A DNA stretch of 64,000 bases from an uncultured Treponema sp. (GTDB lineage: Bacteria > Spirochaetota > Spirochaetia > Treponematales > Treponemataceae): positions 44,318 through 108,317 of the forward strand of contig CAMOIE010000001.1 in the NCBI GenBank assembly GCA_946615905.1. Direction: 5' to 3'. Position numbers and translations under genes: made by a program. The notes beneath the pieces were generated by a model, which ran no database searches, was not told where the DNA came from, and saw only the letters and a program-made list of their open reading frames with translations. Positions 29,458 to 39,351 of the stretch are shown one piece after another (within the stretch, counting starts at the first letter, position 1; every line of letters starts with the position of its first letter).

Positions 29458-30363
29458 ATGTCAAAACTTTCTATCCGCGAAAAATATGCGGATATGCTCA
29501 AAGAGCTTGCAAAATATTCTCAGGCTGCTGATCGAATCGACACAACGAACGTATATCAGAAAGCCAATCCTATGACCCGCAAATTTATGGATAAGCTTGT
29601 TGAAGACAACATGGCTCCAGGTTCCTGCCTTAAAGGAAAGGAAAATTTCCGTGCATTTTATGATGCCGTAAAAGCCGGAAAACGCGGTTTAATCTTGATG
29701 GAGCACTATTCAAATACAGATCTTCCCGCCCTTTGCTGGCTTTTGGAACATGATTTGCCAGAAGTTGGAAAGGACCTGGCAGATAGAATAGTTGCAATTG
29801 CAGGAATGAAGTTGAACGAGGCCAATCCCTTGGTAAAGGCCTTTGCTGAAAGTTTTACCCGTGTTGTAATTTATCCTACACGGTCTCTTACTAAAGCTGA
29901 AGCCGCCGCCCAAAGTCCAGAAGAAAAAGCCGCAGAAGAAAAGAAAGCCCGTTCAATCAATTTGGCGGCCATGCACGCAATGGATACCTGCAAGCGCAAT
30001 GGTGAAGTGATTTTGGTTTTTCCGGCAGGAACTAGATACCGGCCTGGTCATCCAGAGACAAAACGTGGCTTAAAAGAGATTGATTCTTACTTGCGCATGT
30101 TCGATGTTATGATTCTTGTGACGATTAACGGCTCTTGCCTTACGATTGACATGGACAATCCTGATGACATGTTGGCTGATTTTGTAGAGCCAGCCGTTCA
30201 GGTTTTCTCTGCAAGCCCTGTTATTGAATGCAAGCCCTACCGCAAGGATTATTTGGCAACGCTTCCCGCTGACTGTGAAGATACCAAACAGGCTATGATT
30301 GACCATGTTATGGCCCAGTTTGATATTCAGCACGAGCAGGTAGAAAAAGGAACTTATAACTGA
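29458..30363 (+). CDS. Glycerol-3-phosphate/1-acyl-G3P acyltransferase (PlsC-like)
   Basis: HxxxxD motif (HYSNTD) and FPAGTR. Confidence 0.82.
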   Translation: MSKLSIREKYADMLKELAKYSQAADRIDTTNVYQKANPMTRKFMDKLVEDNMAPGSCLKGKENFRAFYDAVKAGKRGLILMEHYSNTDLPALCWLLEHDLPEVGKDLADRIVAIAGMKLNEANPLVKAFAESFTRVVIYPTRSLTKAEAAAQSPEEKAAEEKKARSINLAAMHAMDTCKRNGEVILVFPAGTRYRPGHPETKRGLKEIDSYLRMFDVMILVTINGSCLTIDMDNPDDMLADFVEPAVQVFSASPVIECKPYRKDYLATLPADCEDTKQAMIDHVMAQFDIQHEQVEKGTYN

Positions 30364-30389
30364 CTTTTGCTAAAAGGCAGACAAGTTTT

Positions 30390-31229
30390 TTAGAAATAGC
30401 AGATTTTATAGTTTCCGAATTGTGCAAAACCGCAGGAGGCATAAAGGCGCAAAGCCGGGAGATTATCAGTTTTTACAAATAGAACTGATTTTTTTCCATT
30501 TTGCCCCTGGGAATTGACAATAAAATTAATCAGAGAGCCGGCAAATCCATGCCGGCGATATTCTTTTGGTGTAAAGACTCCTCCAAAAAGTATATGATTT
30601 TCCCCTTGTGCGGAAATATTCATTTTTGAAAGAATTTTTCCTTCTGAAAAAATGGCGAAAACTTGTCCAGCCTCAATGGCTTTTTTTAGGGTCGATTTCG
30701 TATAAAGCAGATTGACTTCCCGGCCGTTAAAAATAACTTCTTCTTTTTCATAAGCGGCTTGTAGTGGTAAAAGAGAATCTAAGTCATCAATACAACATTT
30801 TCGGATTTGTTGGTTTTTATCAGAAGACTCCGCTTGCTTGTTTTCTGCTTGCTGATTTATAAAAGGGGTTGCTTGGAGTAAAAAATATTCTTGTTCATGG
30901 GAAGGGGCTTTTTGGGCAAAAAGAATTTTTTTCATCGAGTCGATTGAGGAAGCCGGCCCGGCAATGCTGAAAAGCTTAATCTTTTGTTTCAAGATAAAAG
31001 TTGCCGCCACATTTATGACTTCATCAGAATCTATGGAAAAAAGCAGGTGAATCTGCCCGAATTTTGAGAGGGTAAAAAGTCCGAGGATTTTTTCTTCCTC
31101 GCAAATGGCATAAATAGGAAGGATTCCATCGCTGATTTTTTGAATCAGTGTAAGGTTGAATTTTTCATACTCTAGGCAAAATTCCTTTGCAGCTTGAGTA
31201 AGATTATCTTTTATGAGCAGAACTTTCAT
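30390..31229 (-). CDS. GNAT-family acetyltransferase
   Basis: GGVFTPKEYRRHGFA acetyl-CoA motif and N.PALRLY..CGF; start re-set to MKVLL. Confidence 0.85.
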   Translation of the reverse strand: MKVLLIKDNLTQAAKEFCLEYEKFNLTLIQKISDGILPIYAICEEEKILGLFTLSKFGQIHLLFSIDSDEVINVAATFILKQKIKLFSIAGPASSIDSMKKILFAQKAPSHEQEYFLLQATPFINQQAENKQAESSDKNQQIRKCCIDDLDSLLPLQAAYEKEEVIFNGREVNLLYTKSTLKKAIEAGQVFAIFSEGKILSKMNISAQGENHILFGGVFTPKEYRRHGFAGSLINFIVNSQGQNGKKSVLFVKTDNLPALRLYASCGFAQFGNYKICYF

Positions 31230-31233
31230 TAAA

Positions 31234-32907
31234 CTAAATAGCACCAATCGGAACTGGCCGGCCAAGCAAATTGCCCTGAATGTAGTCGCAGTTATTTTTA
31301 ATCAGATATTCAAGCTGACTGTCTTCTTCGATTCCTTCTGCGATTACTTCCAAATCAAGTTGGTGAGCCATGTCGATTATCGTTTTTACGATGTTCTTAT
31401 TGTCCGGAATCTTGCCGATTGGGTCAATAAAGGATTTATCGATTTTAACAATATCTAGCGGGAGAGTGCGCAAATAGCTCAGTGACGAATAGCCTGTTCC
31501 AAAGTCATCAAGGGCGATTTTAATTCCCATGTTTTTAAGCTCGGTCAAAATCCTTTTGGCCATCTCAGGAGAATTTATACAAATGCCCTCTGTCACTTCA
31601 AATTCAAGGTAATTTGTGTCGATTCCTGTTTCTTCGATGACTTCTTTTACCATGGAAAGAAAATCCGGGTCGCGGAACTGGACGACAGAAAAATTGATTG
31701 CTAAAGTCGGGCAGATTTCATATTCAGGAAGAACCTTCATAAATTCCATGCAGGCTTCTTTTAAAATCCACTTTCCGATTGTAATGATAGAGCCGTTTTC
31801 TTCTGCCAGAGGAATAAAATCTAAGGGACCGATATGACCCAGGGTAGGGGAGTCCCAACGGACAAGAACTTCAAAGCCTCGAAGTTTTTTCTCTGGGATT
31901 TTGTATTGGGGCTGGTATTCAATGTAAAGTTCTTTGTTTTTGATTGCTTCCTCAAGTTTTCGCTCAAGGGTCATTTGTCGCTCAAGGTTTTGTTGCATGT
32001 GCTCATCAAAAAAAACAATGCAATTTTTTCCGCGGGATTTAGCCCGGTAAAGGGCTAGGTCGACCTGCTGTAAAAGTTTTGTTACGTCTTTTGCATCTTT
32101 GGGGTAGCGGGAAACACCGATTGAGGTCGTCATCTTGTAATAATGGTCTTTATAATAGAAAGGCTGATTTACAATTTGAGTCAGTTGCGAAAGGTAAGTT
32201 TCGATTTCAGCATCGGTTTGAGCTTGCTTCATTACGATTAAAAATTCATCCCCGCCGATTCTTCCGATTGAATTCGGTTCCTTTATGAAATTGCAGAGGT
32301 TGTGAACTATTTCGGTCAAAAATACGTCACCAATTTGATGCCCCAGGGCTTCATTAATCATTTTAAAGTTGTCCAAGTCGATGACGGCTATCGAGAATGC
32401 TGGAATTGAATGGGGGCCGGAAGTTAAACTTTGAAGAAGGTTCATGCGTTCCTTGCGATTTGGCAGTCCGGTCAGGTCGTCGATGTAGGCCAGTTTGTGT
32501 AGGGTTTCGACATTGTGCATAATCCTCTGGTACTGCATGAATACTAGAGTTGAAATAAAGCAGCTGACGATTACGATTCCATAAAAGGCTATGATAAGTT
32601 TTTGTCCACCGAGAATAAGCTGGACGGTAAGACATGCGATATTGATTCCATTTAAAATGAATTGCGAAATAAAACCGGCCTTGTGGCAGGCGATTATCAG
32701 CTCAACGCTGTCCAAAAGCAAAAGAAGCTCAAGACCCACGGAGACAATGAGGATAAGTTCCATTTTTATAGGGTCAAATGGAAAAGTCGCATTTGGAACG
32801 ATTGCAGGGGTCGCGATAATTTGGCATAGCATGACGATTATATATAAAAGGCAAAGAAGTCCAAGCAGGACCCTGTCGTGGCCTCGTTGGTCAGTTAATC
32901 CATCCAT
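31234..32907 (-). CDS. Membrane GGDEF-EAL protein
   Basis: About 4 N-terminal TM segments; DDLTGLPN, IDLDNFK and RIGGDEF; EVLVRW, DDFGTGYSSL and EGIE motifs. Confidence 0.92.
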   Translation of the reverse strand: MDGLTDQRGHDRVLLGLLCLLYIIVMLCQIIATPAIVPNATFPFDPIKMELILIVSVGLELLLLLDSVELIIACHKAGFISQFILNGINIACLTVQLILGGQKLIIAFYGIVIVSCFISTLVFMQYQRIMHNVETLHKLAYIDDLTGLPNRKERMNLLQSLTSGPHSIPAFSIAVIDLDNFKMINEALGHQIGDVFLTEIVHNLCNFIKEPNSIGRIGGDEFLIVMKQAQTDAEIETYLSQLTQIVNQPFYYKDHYYKMTTSIGVSRYPKDAKDVTKLLQQVDLALYRAKSRGKNCIVFFDEHMQQNLERQMTLERKLEEAIKNKELYIEYQPQYKIPEKKLRGFEVLVRWDSPTLGHIGPLDFIPLAEENGSIITIGKWILKEACMEFMKVLPEYEICPTLAINFSVVQFRDPDFLSMVKEVIEETGIDTNYLEFEVTEGICINSPEMAKRILTELKNMGIKIALDDFGTGYSSLSYLRTLPLDIVKIDKSFIDPIGKIPDNKNIVKTIIDMAHQLDLEVIAEGIEEDSQLEYLIKNNCDYIQGNLLGRPVPIGAI

Positions 32908-33300
32908 AAAAACCTCTTAGCATAATACCTTAAAATAAATTATAACACGGAATTCTGTGAAAATGTAAAAAAAATCAACAGGTCTGGGGAAAGCCCACAA
33001 AGCTCTTGGTTCGTAATTGAAAGCACAGTCTAGATCAATGTCATTTTTTAGGCCTCGAAATTGAATTTTTACTCTAAAATTGACTTGAAAACTGCGAAAA
33101 GGGACTGATTTTATAAAAAAAGAGGAATCTGTTAAGTTTTTCTGATAAAAAAATAGAAAAAATAGTGAAATTTTGTGAATTTTTGTTGAATTCTTTTACA
33201 TTTTATTGACAAATTACATGCAAAAATCCAAAATGGTGAACAAAATTTGAAAAATTGCTGTTTTTTCGGTCGTTTTTCAGTAAAAAATGGGGTATAAATC

Positions 33301-35391
33301 ATGTCAGAATCGATTCCTGAACTGTTCGCCTGCAATGTATTCAACGACACCGTAATGCGCGAGCGTCTTCCAAAGGACAGCTACAAGGCCTTGAAAAAGT
33401 GCATCAAGGATGGCACGGAACTTACAATCGACTTGGCCAACGTGGTCGCAAACGCGATGAAGGACTGGGCGATTGAAAAAGGCTGCACCCACTACACTCA
33501 TTGGTTCCAGCCGCTAACCGGAGTCACGGCCGAAAAGCATGAGTCTTTCATCAATCCGACGAAAGACGGCGGGATCATCATGGAATTCTCCGGCAAGGAG
33601 TTGATTAAGGACGAGGCTGACGGCTCCTCATTCCCCTCTGGAGGAATCCGCGCGACATTTGAAGCCCGTGGTTATACTGCCTGGGACCCCACATCATTCG
33701 CATTTGTAAAAGAAGGAACCCTCTGCATTCCGACTGCCTTCTGCTCATACACAGGCGAGTCTTTGGACAAAAAAATCCCCCTTCTCCGCTCGATGGAAGC
33801 AATCAACAAGCAGGCTCTGCGTATCATGCGTCTCTTCGGCAACACAAGCTGCCAGAAGGTCAACACGACAGTCGGCCCTGAGCAGGAATATTTTTTGGTC
33901 GACAAAAACCTCTACAACCAGAGAAAGGACTTGATTTTCTGCAAGAGAACCCTTTTCGGCGCATTGCCCCCAAAGGGTCAGGAGATGGACGACCACTACT
34001 ACGGCACGATACAACCCAGAATCGTCGAGTACATGCACGATTTGGACAGGGAATTGTGGAAGATGGGGATTTACTCAAAGACAAAGCACAATGAGGTTGC
34101 CCCGGCCCAGCACGAGATGGCTCCGATTTTCACGACGACAAACCTTGCCGTTGACCAGAACCAGCTGACCATGGAAATCATGAAAAAAGTCGCCCTCAAG
34201 CACGGACTTTACTGCCTCCTCTCTGAAAAGCCATTTGAGGGCGTGAACGGCTCCGGCAAGCACAACAACTGGTCACTTTCAACCGATGAGGGGCAGAATC
34301 TTCTTGACCCCGGCGACACTCCTGAGGAGAACGCCCAGTTCCTGCTCTTTTTGACGGCCGTAATCAAGGCTGTTGACGAGTATCAGGACATGCTCCGCAT
34401 ATCAATCGCATCGGCCGGAAACGACCACCGTCTTGGAGCGAACGAGGCGCCGCCTGCAATCATCTCTATGTTCATCGGATCTGAGCTAGATGCTGTTCTA
34501 GAGTCAATCGTCACTGGAAAGCCCTACGACAAACGCGGAAAGCAGCGCATGGAAGTCGGCGTAAACGTCCTTCCCCGCTTCTCAAAGGATACGACCGACC
34601 GCAACAGAACTTCACCGTTCGCATTCACAGGAAACAAATTCGAGTTCCGCTCATGCGGCTCCGCCCTCTCAATATCAACTCCAAACGTGGTCTTGAACAC
34701 TGTTGTCGCAAAGGAACTGGACGATTTTGCGACAGAACTTGAGGGAGTCGCAGACTTCAAGTCAGCCCTCACGGACTTGATTAAGCGTGAGATTACAAAC
34801 CACCGCCGCATCATCTTCAACGGAAACGGCTACGATGACGCTTGGATTAAGGAAGCTGAGTCTCGCGGGCTTTTGAATTTACCGACAACCCCGGACGCGA
34901 TGGAGCATTATCTGGACAAAAAGAACGTCGAGGTTTTCACAAAGTACGGGGTCTACACAAAGTCCGAGATGAAGAGCCACTACGAGGTCAAGCTGGAAAA
35001 ATACTCCCAGATTCTTAACATCGAAGTGAACACGATGATTGACATGATTTACAAGGATATTCTGCCTGCCGCAGCCTCTTACATGCACGACTTTGCAGAG
35101 ACAGCCTCCCTGATTCAGAAAGTCACAGGGGCAAAGGCATCCGCTGAGACCAGCCTTGTAAAGACTATGAGCGACCTTGCTGATAAGCTAGTAAAGGAAG
35201 CCGAACTTTTGGCAAAGCTCCATGCGGAAGCGGAAGGCAAAAAAGATGTTGCAAAACAGGCACGCCTTTACGCGGACAAGGTTCTTCCGCAGATGGCAGC
35301 GGCCCGCGCCGTAGCCGACAAAATGGAACCGCTTTTGGGAGAGAAGTACAAACCTTATCCGAATTATGCAGACTTGCTTTTTAGGGTGTAA
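33301..35391 (+). CDS. glnA: Glutamine synthetase type III
   Basis: 696 aa; [65 protein letters not shown] motifs. Confidence 0.96.
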   Translation: MSESIPELFACNVFNDTVMRERLPKDSYKALKKCIKDGTELTIDLANVVANAMKDWAIEKGCTHYTHWFQPLTGVTAEKHESFINPTKDGGIIMEFSGKELIKDEADGSSFPSGGIRATFEARGYTAWDPTSFAFVKEGTLCIPTAFCSYTGESLDKKIPLLRSMEAINKQALRIMRLFGNTSCQKVNTTVGPEQEYFLVDKNLYNQRKDLIFCKRTLFGALPPKGQEMDDHYYGTIQPRIVEYMHDLDRELWKMGIYSKTKHNEVAPAQHEMAPIFTTTNLAVDQNQLTMEIMKKVALKHGLYCLLSEKPFEGVNGSGKHNNWSLSTDEGQNLLDPGDTPEENAQFLLFLTAVIKAVDEYQDMLRISIASAGNDHRLGANEAPPAIISMFIGSELDAVLESIVTGKPYDKRGKQRMEVGVNVLPRFSKDTTDRNRTSPFAFTGNKFEFRSCGSALSISTPNVVLNTVVAKELDDFATELEGVADFKSALTDLIKREITNHRRIIFNGNGYDDAWIKEAESRGLLNLPTTPDAMEHYLDKKNVEVFTKYGVYTKSEMKSHYEVKLEKYSQILNIEVNTMIDMIYKDILPAAASYMHDFAETASLIQKVTGAKASAETSLVKTMSDLADKLVKEAELLAKLHAEAEGKKDVAKQARLYADKVLPQMAAARAVADKMEPLLGEKYKPYPNYADLLFRV

Positions 35392-35394
35392 AAA

Positions 35395-36324
35395 ATGAAT
35401 CCTCTTATTGTTTTTGAACAGATGGTTGTTATCGTCCTTTTAATTCTGACTGGTTTTATCTGCCAGAAAATCGGGCGCGTAACTTTGGAAATCAAAAAAT
35501 TTCTTTCGTTCGGCGTAGTTTCAATTTTCAACCCAGCCCTTTTAATTTCTTCCGTGCTTGGTCATCAGGGCGAGCGTGATATGAATTCCGTCTGGATTAT
35601 TTTTGCGGTTGCAGCCGCCATGTTTGCGGCATTTATAATCATCGCAAAAATCGCATCTTTTACGGAAAAAGAATTCCGCGCAAAGGCGACTTTGCAGCTC
35701 ATGTTTATATTCTCAAACCTGGGCTTTATCGGGATTCCCCTTGTCGGCGCGGTTTTGGGAGAAGAATACATAATCTACACGGCGATTTTCAACTTGGTCT
35801 ACAACGTTGTCTTCTATTCTTATGGAACGGCATTGACCGATGAATCCGGCAAGAAATTTTCGCTTTCAAAACTCAAGAGTTTTATAAACGCGGGAACAAT
35901 TGGCGGAATTCTGGCGTTGCTGATTTTCTTCATAAACAAGGATTTGCCCTTGATTTTCTCTGAGTCAATTGGCTATCTCGGCGGAGTCTGCGTTCCGATG
36001 GCTCTTTTTATAATCGGAGTCACTTTGGGCGAGCAGAAAAACCTTGTAAAAGTCTTTTTAAGCCCCAAACTGTACCTTTTCTTTGTCGTGAAAATGCTTT
36101 TGATTCCTGTCGCATTCTCATTCGTCATAAAGGCACTGCCAATCGGTGACGACTTGAAAATCCTCACGCTTTTGATGGTCGGAATGCCAGTTGGCAACCT
36201 CCCGCTTATGACGATGACCGAAAAAGGCTGGGACGGAACTTTCTGCTCCAACGGAATCATTCTTACGACCTTGCTCTCGACATTTTCCCTGCCGGTAATC
36301 GTTTTTATTTATAATCTGATTTAG
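35395..36324 (+). CDS. AEC-family (auxin efflux carrier/malate permease) transporter
   Basis: FSNLGFIGIP, CVPMALF.IG and GMPVG motifs; about 10 TM segments. Confidence 0.88.
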   Translation: MNPLIVFEQMVVIVLLILTGFICQKIGRVTLEIKKFLSFGVVSIFNPALLISSVLGHQGERDMNSVWIIFAVAAAMFAAFIIIAKIASFTEKEFRAKATLQLMFIFSNLGFIGIPLVGAVLGEEYIIYTAIFNLVYNVVFYSYGTALTDESGKKFSLSKLKSFINAGTIGGILALLIFFINKDLPLIFSESIGYLGGVCVPMALFIIGVTLGEQKNLVKVFLSPKLYLFFVVKMLLIPVAFSFVIKALPIGDDLKILTLLMVGMPVGNLPLMTMTEKGWDGTFCSNGIILTTLLSTFSLPVIVFIYNLI

Positions 36325-36347
36325 CTGATTTAGGTCTTATAATTATA

Positions 36348-36382
36348 GCTGCCCATTTCAATATTTGGGCAGCCAATTTTTT
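36348..36382. terminator. Terminator between convergent genes
   Basis: GCTGCCCA-N10-TGGGCAGC followed by a T tract. Confidence 0.7.
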
Positions 36383-37661
36383 ATTCGCAGTCTTTTATAG
36401 CTGCGATACGTTCCAAAAGCGGGGGATGGCTATAATTGAAGACAGAATAAATCTTTGGCACGGTCAGCTCGCTTAAGTTTTCCTTGTTGAGCTTAATCAA
36501 AGCTGTGGAAAGAGGCTCTCCAGAACCACAGATTTTTGCCGCAAAGGCATCTGCCTGAAATTCATCGCGTCGGCTGAAATAATTCATAATCGGGTTCAGC
36601 AAAATCGTAAATGAACCGAAAGTCAGATTCAAAAGAAAAAGTCCGATAAAGCGCATTTTTGGCAGCAGGAGTTCAAAATTTTCTTTTGGAGCGAATCCGA
36701 ATCCCAAATACAAATCAAACGAGTTTATCAGCAGGCTCAGTAAAAAGAAAAAGACGAAAATTATTGGAATAATGAAAATCATCTTTTTGACTATGTGATG
36801 GTGCTTGTAGTGGCCAAGCTCATGTCCCAAAACAGCTTCGATTTCTTCTGGGGTAAGTTGCTCAATCAGGGTATCGTAAAGAACGACCCGCTTTGACTTT
36901 CCAAAGCCGGTAAAATATGCGTTTGAGTGACCAGAGCGCTTTGAAGCGTCCATCACAAAAAGTCCAGAAGCTTTGAAGCCGGCCTCCTCAAGCTCTGCGG
37001 TCAGGCGGGATTTTAGCTCTCCGTCCTCAAGCGGTGTAAATTTGTTGAAAAGTGGGGCAATCACCATCGGGAACAAAGTTGAAATTGCAAAGGTAAATGC
37101 CACGACCAGAATCGAAACCCAAAGCCACCAAAGACTTGAGGCCCGTTCCAAGAAAAATCCGATTGCAAAAACCAGCGGTAGCGAAATCACAAGGGAGATT
37201 GCAAAAGACTTTACTTGGTCGACCAGCCAAAGCTTTAAAGTCATTTTGTTAAAACCGAATTTCTCTTCAATTTTAAATTGGTCGTACAAATCAAAGGGGA
37301 TTGAAATTATAGAACCGGGAATCCCGATGATTACCAAAAACAAAAAGTCGACCAAAAGAGAATTTTCTATGCGGCTGAAAAGTGCATGGTAAACGGCCGG
37401 ATAAAAGCCTGAAATCAGCAGGAACAAATTCAGGGCAAGTGTCACAAGTGTTTCTGGAATCGAGAATTTGTAGTTTGTGTTTTCGTAGGCGACAGTTTTT
37501 TCAAGGGTAGCACGGTCAACTTTGCCTTCAATTTCGGCAGGAATCTCAAGACCATGCTTTTGCCTGTGACGAAAGTCTGCGTAGTCAAGCCCCTGGTCGA
37601 TGAAAAAATCCAGAGCCATACCGGTAAAAGTTAAAATTACAAAAATGTTAGAAAAATCCAT
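36381..37661 (-). CDS. M48 family metallopeptidase (Ste24p-like)
   Basis: DASKRSGHSNAYFTG, GHELGH (HEXXH), SRRDEFQAD and SHPPL..RI motifs. Confidence 0.93.
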   Translation of the reverse strand: MDFSNIFVILTFTGMALDFFIDQGLDYADFRHRQKHGLEIPAEIEGKVDRATLEKTVAYENTNYKFSIPETLVTLALNLFLLISGFYPAVYHALFSRIENSLLVDFLFLVIIGIPGSIISIPFDLYDQFKIEEKFGFNKMTLKLWLVDQVKSFAISLVISLPLVFAIGFFLERASSLWWLWVSILVVAFTFAISTLFPMVIAPLFNKFTPLEDGELKSRLTAELEEAGFKASGLFVMDASKRSGHSNAYFTGFGKSKRVVLYDTLIEQLTPEEIEAVLGHELGHYKHHHIVKKMIFIIPIIFVFFFLLSLLINSFDLYLGFGFAPKENFELLLPKMRFIGLFLLNLTFGSFTILLNPIMNYFSRRDEFQADAFAAKICGSGEPLSTALIKLNKENLSELTVPKIYSVFNYSHPPLLERIAAIKDCE

Positions 37662-37682
37662 GTGTTAAATATAATGAAATTT

Positions 37683-37797
37683 GGGCGGTCCGGCAAAGCC
37701 GTCGGGCTATCCGCACTTCCGCTATCGCTACATTCGCGGTAGTTTCGACAAGCTCAACTTCCGCGAACGCCTTCGGCGGTGCTACTATCCCTACCGC
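37683..37797 (-). repeat. Structured intergenic element copy E1 (Flavo-1-like) with nested REP hairpin
   Basis: GGGCGGT-[hairpin]-CGGGCTATCCGCAC...GTGCTACTATCCCTACCGC; contains AGTTTCGACAAGCTCAACT at 37741-37759. Confidence 0.8.
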
Positions 37798-37807
37798 ATG
37801 AAAGCAA

Positions 37808-37915
37808 GGCTGGTAGCGGGCTGTCTGGCGGTCTCGCAGTGGCTCGACCGAGACTCGCCTACAAACTCACCTCGTGAGTTTGTTCGCCTTCGGCGACCGG
37901 CTCCCTACCTACCGC
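37808..37915 (-). repeat. Structured intergenic element copy E2 (tandem to E1)
   Basis: GGCTGGTAG-CGGGCTGTCTGG...CCGGCTCCCT..CTACCGC; hairpins GTCTCG/CGAGAC, ACAAACTCAC/GTGAGTTTGT and TCGCC-TTC-GGCGA. Confidence 0.7.
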
Positions 37916-39339
37916 AGGCGCGGAAAAACTTGCTGGCCTCGGTTGAAGGTCGCCTTTACTTTTCCTGTGACTGTCTGGCCTTCAAAGGGAGTCGACTTTC
38001 CCTTGCTGTAGAATTTCTCAGGATTTACGACCCATTCCTCCTCCGTGTCAACAAGGGCAAAGTCTGCATCGTAGCCTGGCTTAAAAAGTCCAGCCTTTAA
38101 TCCCAGAATTTTCGCCGGATTTGCGGACATCAGCGCGGAAAGTTTCTTTAAAGAAATTCCCTCTCTTTTTACCAGAACCGAATGGCATACCGCGAATGCA
38201 AGCTCCAAACCGGTAAAGCCCGGAGAACCGGCCGCCTTGTCTTCCTGAGTGTGCGGGGCATGGTCTGTGGCGATTGCGTCAACAGTGCCGTCAATAATTC
38301 CCTTGATTATCGCCCGCCGGTCTTCTTCGCTGCGGAGGGGAGGATTTACAAGGGCACGGATATATGGGGCTTCCGTTCCTGTCAGTCCTATGTGGTGGGG
38401 GGTGACTTCCATAGTCAAGTCAAAACCCGGCTGACCGAATCCTTCGAGATTTTTCAGCCCCTTGTAAAGGCGCACTGAGTTCACGCAGACTTTTGTCGAG
38501 CAATGGCAGATGTGGATATGGCAGCCCGCCAAGGAGGCCAGCTGAATATTGCGGGAAGTCATTGTGTTTTCCGCGATGGCAAGCAAATCATTTGCGGACT
38601 TTAAATTTCCATCGATTTCAAAGTCAACTGCCGCAGGAACATTCGGAGTCTTTACGTTCACCTTTCCGGCCGGAATATTGTATTGCTTCATAAATTCCAA
38701 TGCTCTCTGCCTGAAAGGCTTTGCCGCCTGGGCTAAAGAAACATCCTCGCAGTGGCAGCTTACGACGATTCCCTTTTTTCCGGCTTTTTGCATGGCAGAA
38801 AGCATTACGGCTGTGTCCCCGACATCGTGACCGTCCTCCGAGATGACAGGAATTTTACTTGCGTCATAGGAGTCGATATCGGTGACAGTTTTGCCGTCAA
38901 AATTTTTTGTGATTGATGTCGTCTGGAAAAGGCGGGCAAGACCGATTTTTTCCGCCCGTTTTATATTCTCTAGCGCATCTTCCTGACTTGAAATCACAGG
39001 ATTCGTGTTCGGCATTGCGACTACCGTTCCGTAGCCGCCTGCGGCGGCGGCATTTAGGCCTGATTCCAAATCCTCTTTTTGAGTCAGCCCTGGGTCGCGG
39101 AAGTGAACGTGCAGGTCGATAAAGGCCGGCATTAAAGTCTGTCCCTTGCCGTCAAAAAATTCGGCGGATTTTACCTCGCTCTCGCTCAAAATCGCGGAAA
39201 TCGCAAGCTCTGCGGATTTTTTTGTTTTAAAGTCTCCCAAAAGCACGGACTTGATTTTTTCGCCTGAGCAAATCACCATTCCAGAAGAGTCAATTTCGCT
39301 GTCAGTAAGCGTGACGTTAAAAATTACGAGAGATTTCAC
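37909..39339 (-). CDS. pyrC: Dihydroorotase (type I)
   Basis: DLHVHFRDPG, MPNTNP, HCED, HICH, EVTPHH, NPPLR and ATDHAPH motifs; GTG start behind GGAG. Confidence 0.93.
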   Translation of the reverse strand: MKSLVIFNVTLTDSEIDSSGMVICSGEKIKSVLLGDFKTKKSAELAISAILSESEVKSAEFFDGKGQTLMPAFIDLHVHFRDPGLTQKEDLESGLNAAAAGGYGTVVAMPNTNPVISSQEDALENIKRAEKIGLARLFQTTSITKNFDGKTVTDIDSYDASKIPVISEDGHDVGDTAVMLSAMQKAGKKGIVVSCHCEDVSLAQAAKPFRQRALEFMKQYNIPAGKVNVKTPNVPAAVDFEIDGNLKSANDLLAIAENTMTSRNIQLASLAGCHIHICHCSTKVCVNSVRLYKGLKNLEGFGQPGFDLTMEVTPHHIGLTGTEAPYIRALVNPPLRSEEDRRAIIKGIIDGTVDAIATDHAPHTQEDKAAGSPGFTGLELAFAVCHSVLVKREGISLKKLSALMSANPAKILGLKAGLFKPGYDADFALVDTEEEWVVNPEKFYSKGKSTPFEGQTVTGKVKATFNRGQQVFPRLR

Positions 39340-39351
39340 TTTTTTACTCCT

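Noticed and set aside
32981-33040. tRNA-like GGTTCG motif and 7-bp stem
   Set aside because: Only 56 nt between stem ends, with no D or anticodon arms and no CCA; also lacks the GACGCAAA core needed for a c-di-GMP-I riboswitch
33165-33195. GTGAAATTTT-like ~10-bp repeats and a possible GlnR/TnrA box upstream of glnA
   Set aside because: Low-complexity AT-rich sequence; no TGTNA-N7-TNACA match
33301-35391. C-ending codon bias in glnA as evidence of horizontal transfer
   Set aside because: glgP shows similar bias, so high expression explains it; there are no mobility signatures and I could not compute codon statistics
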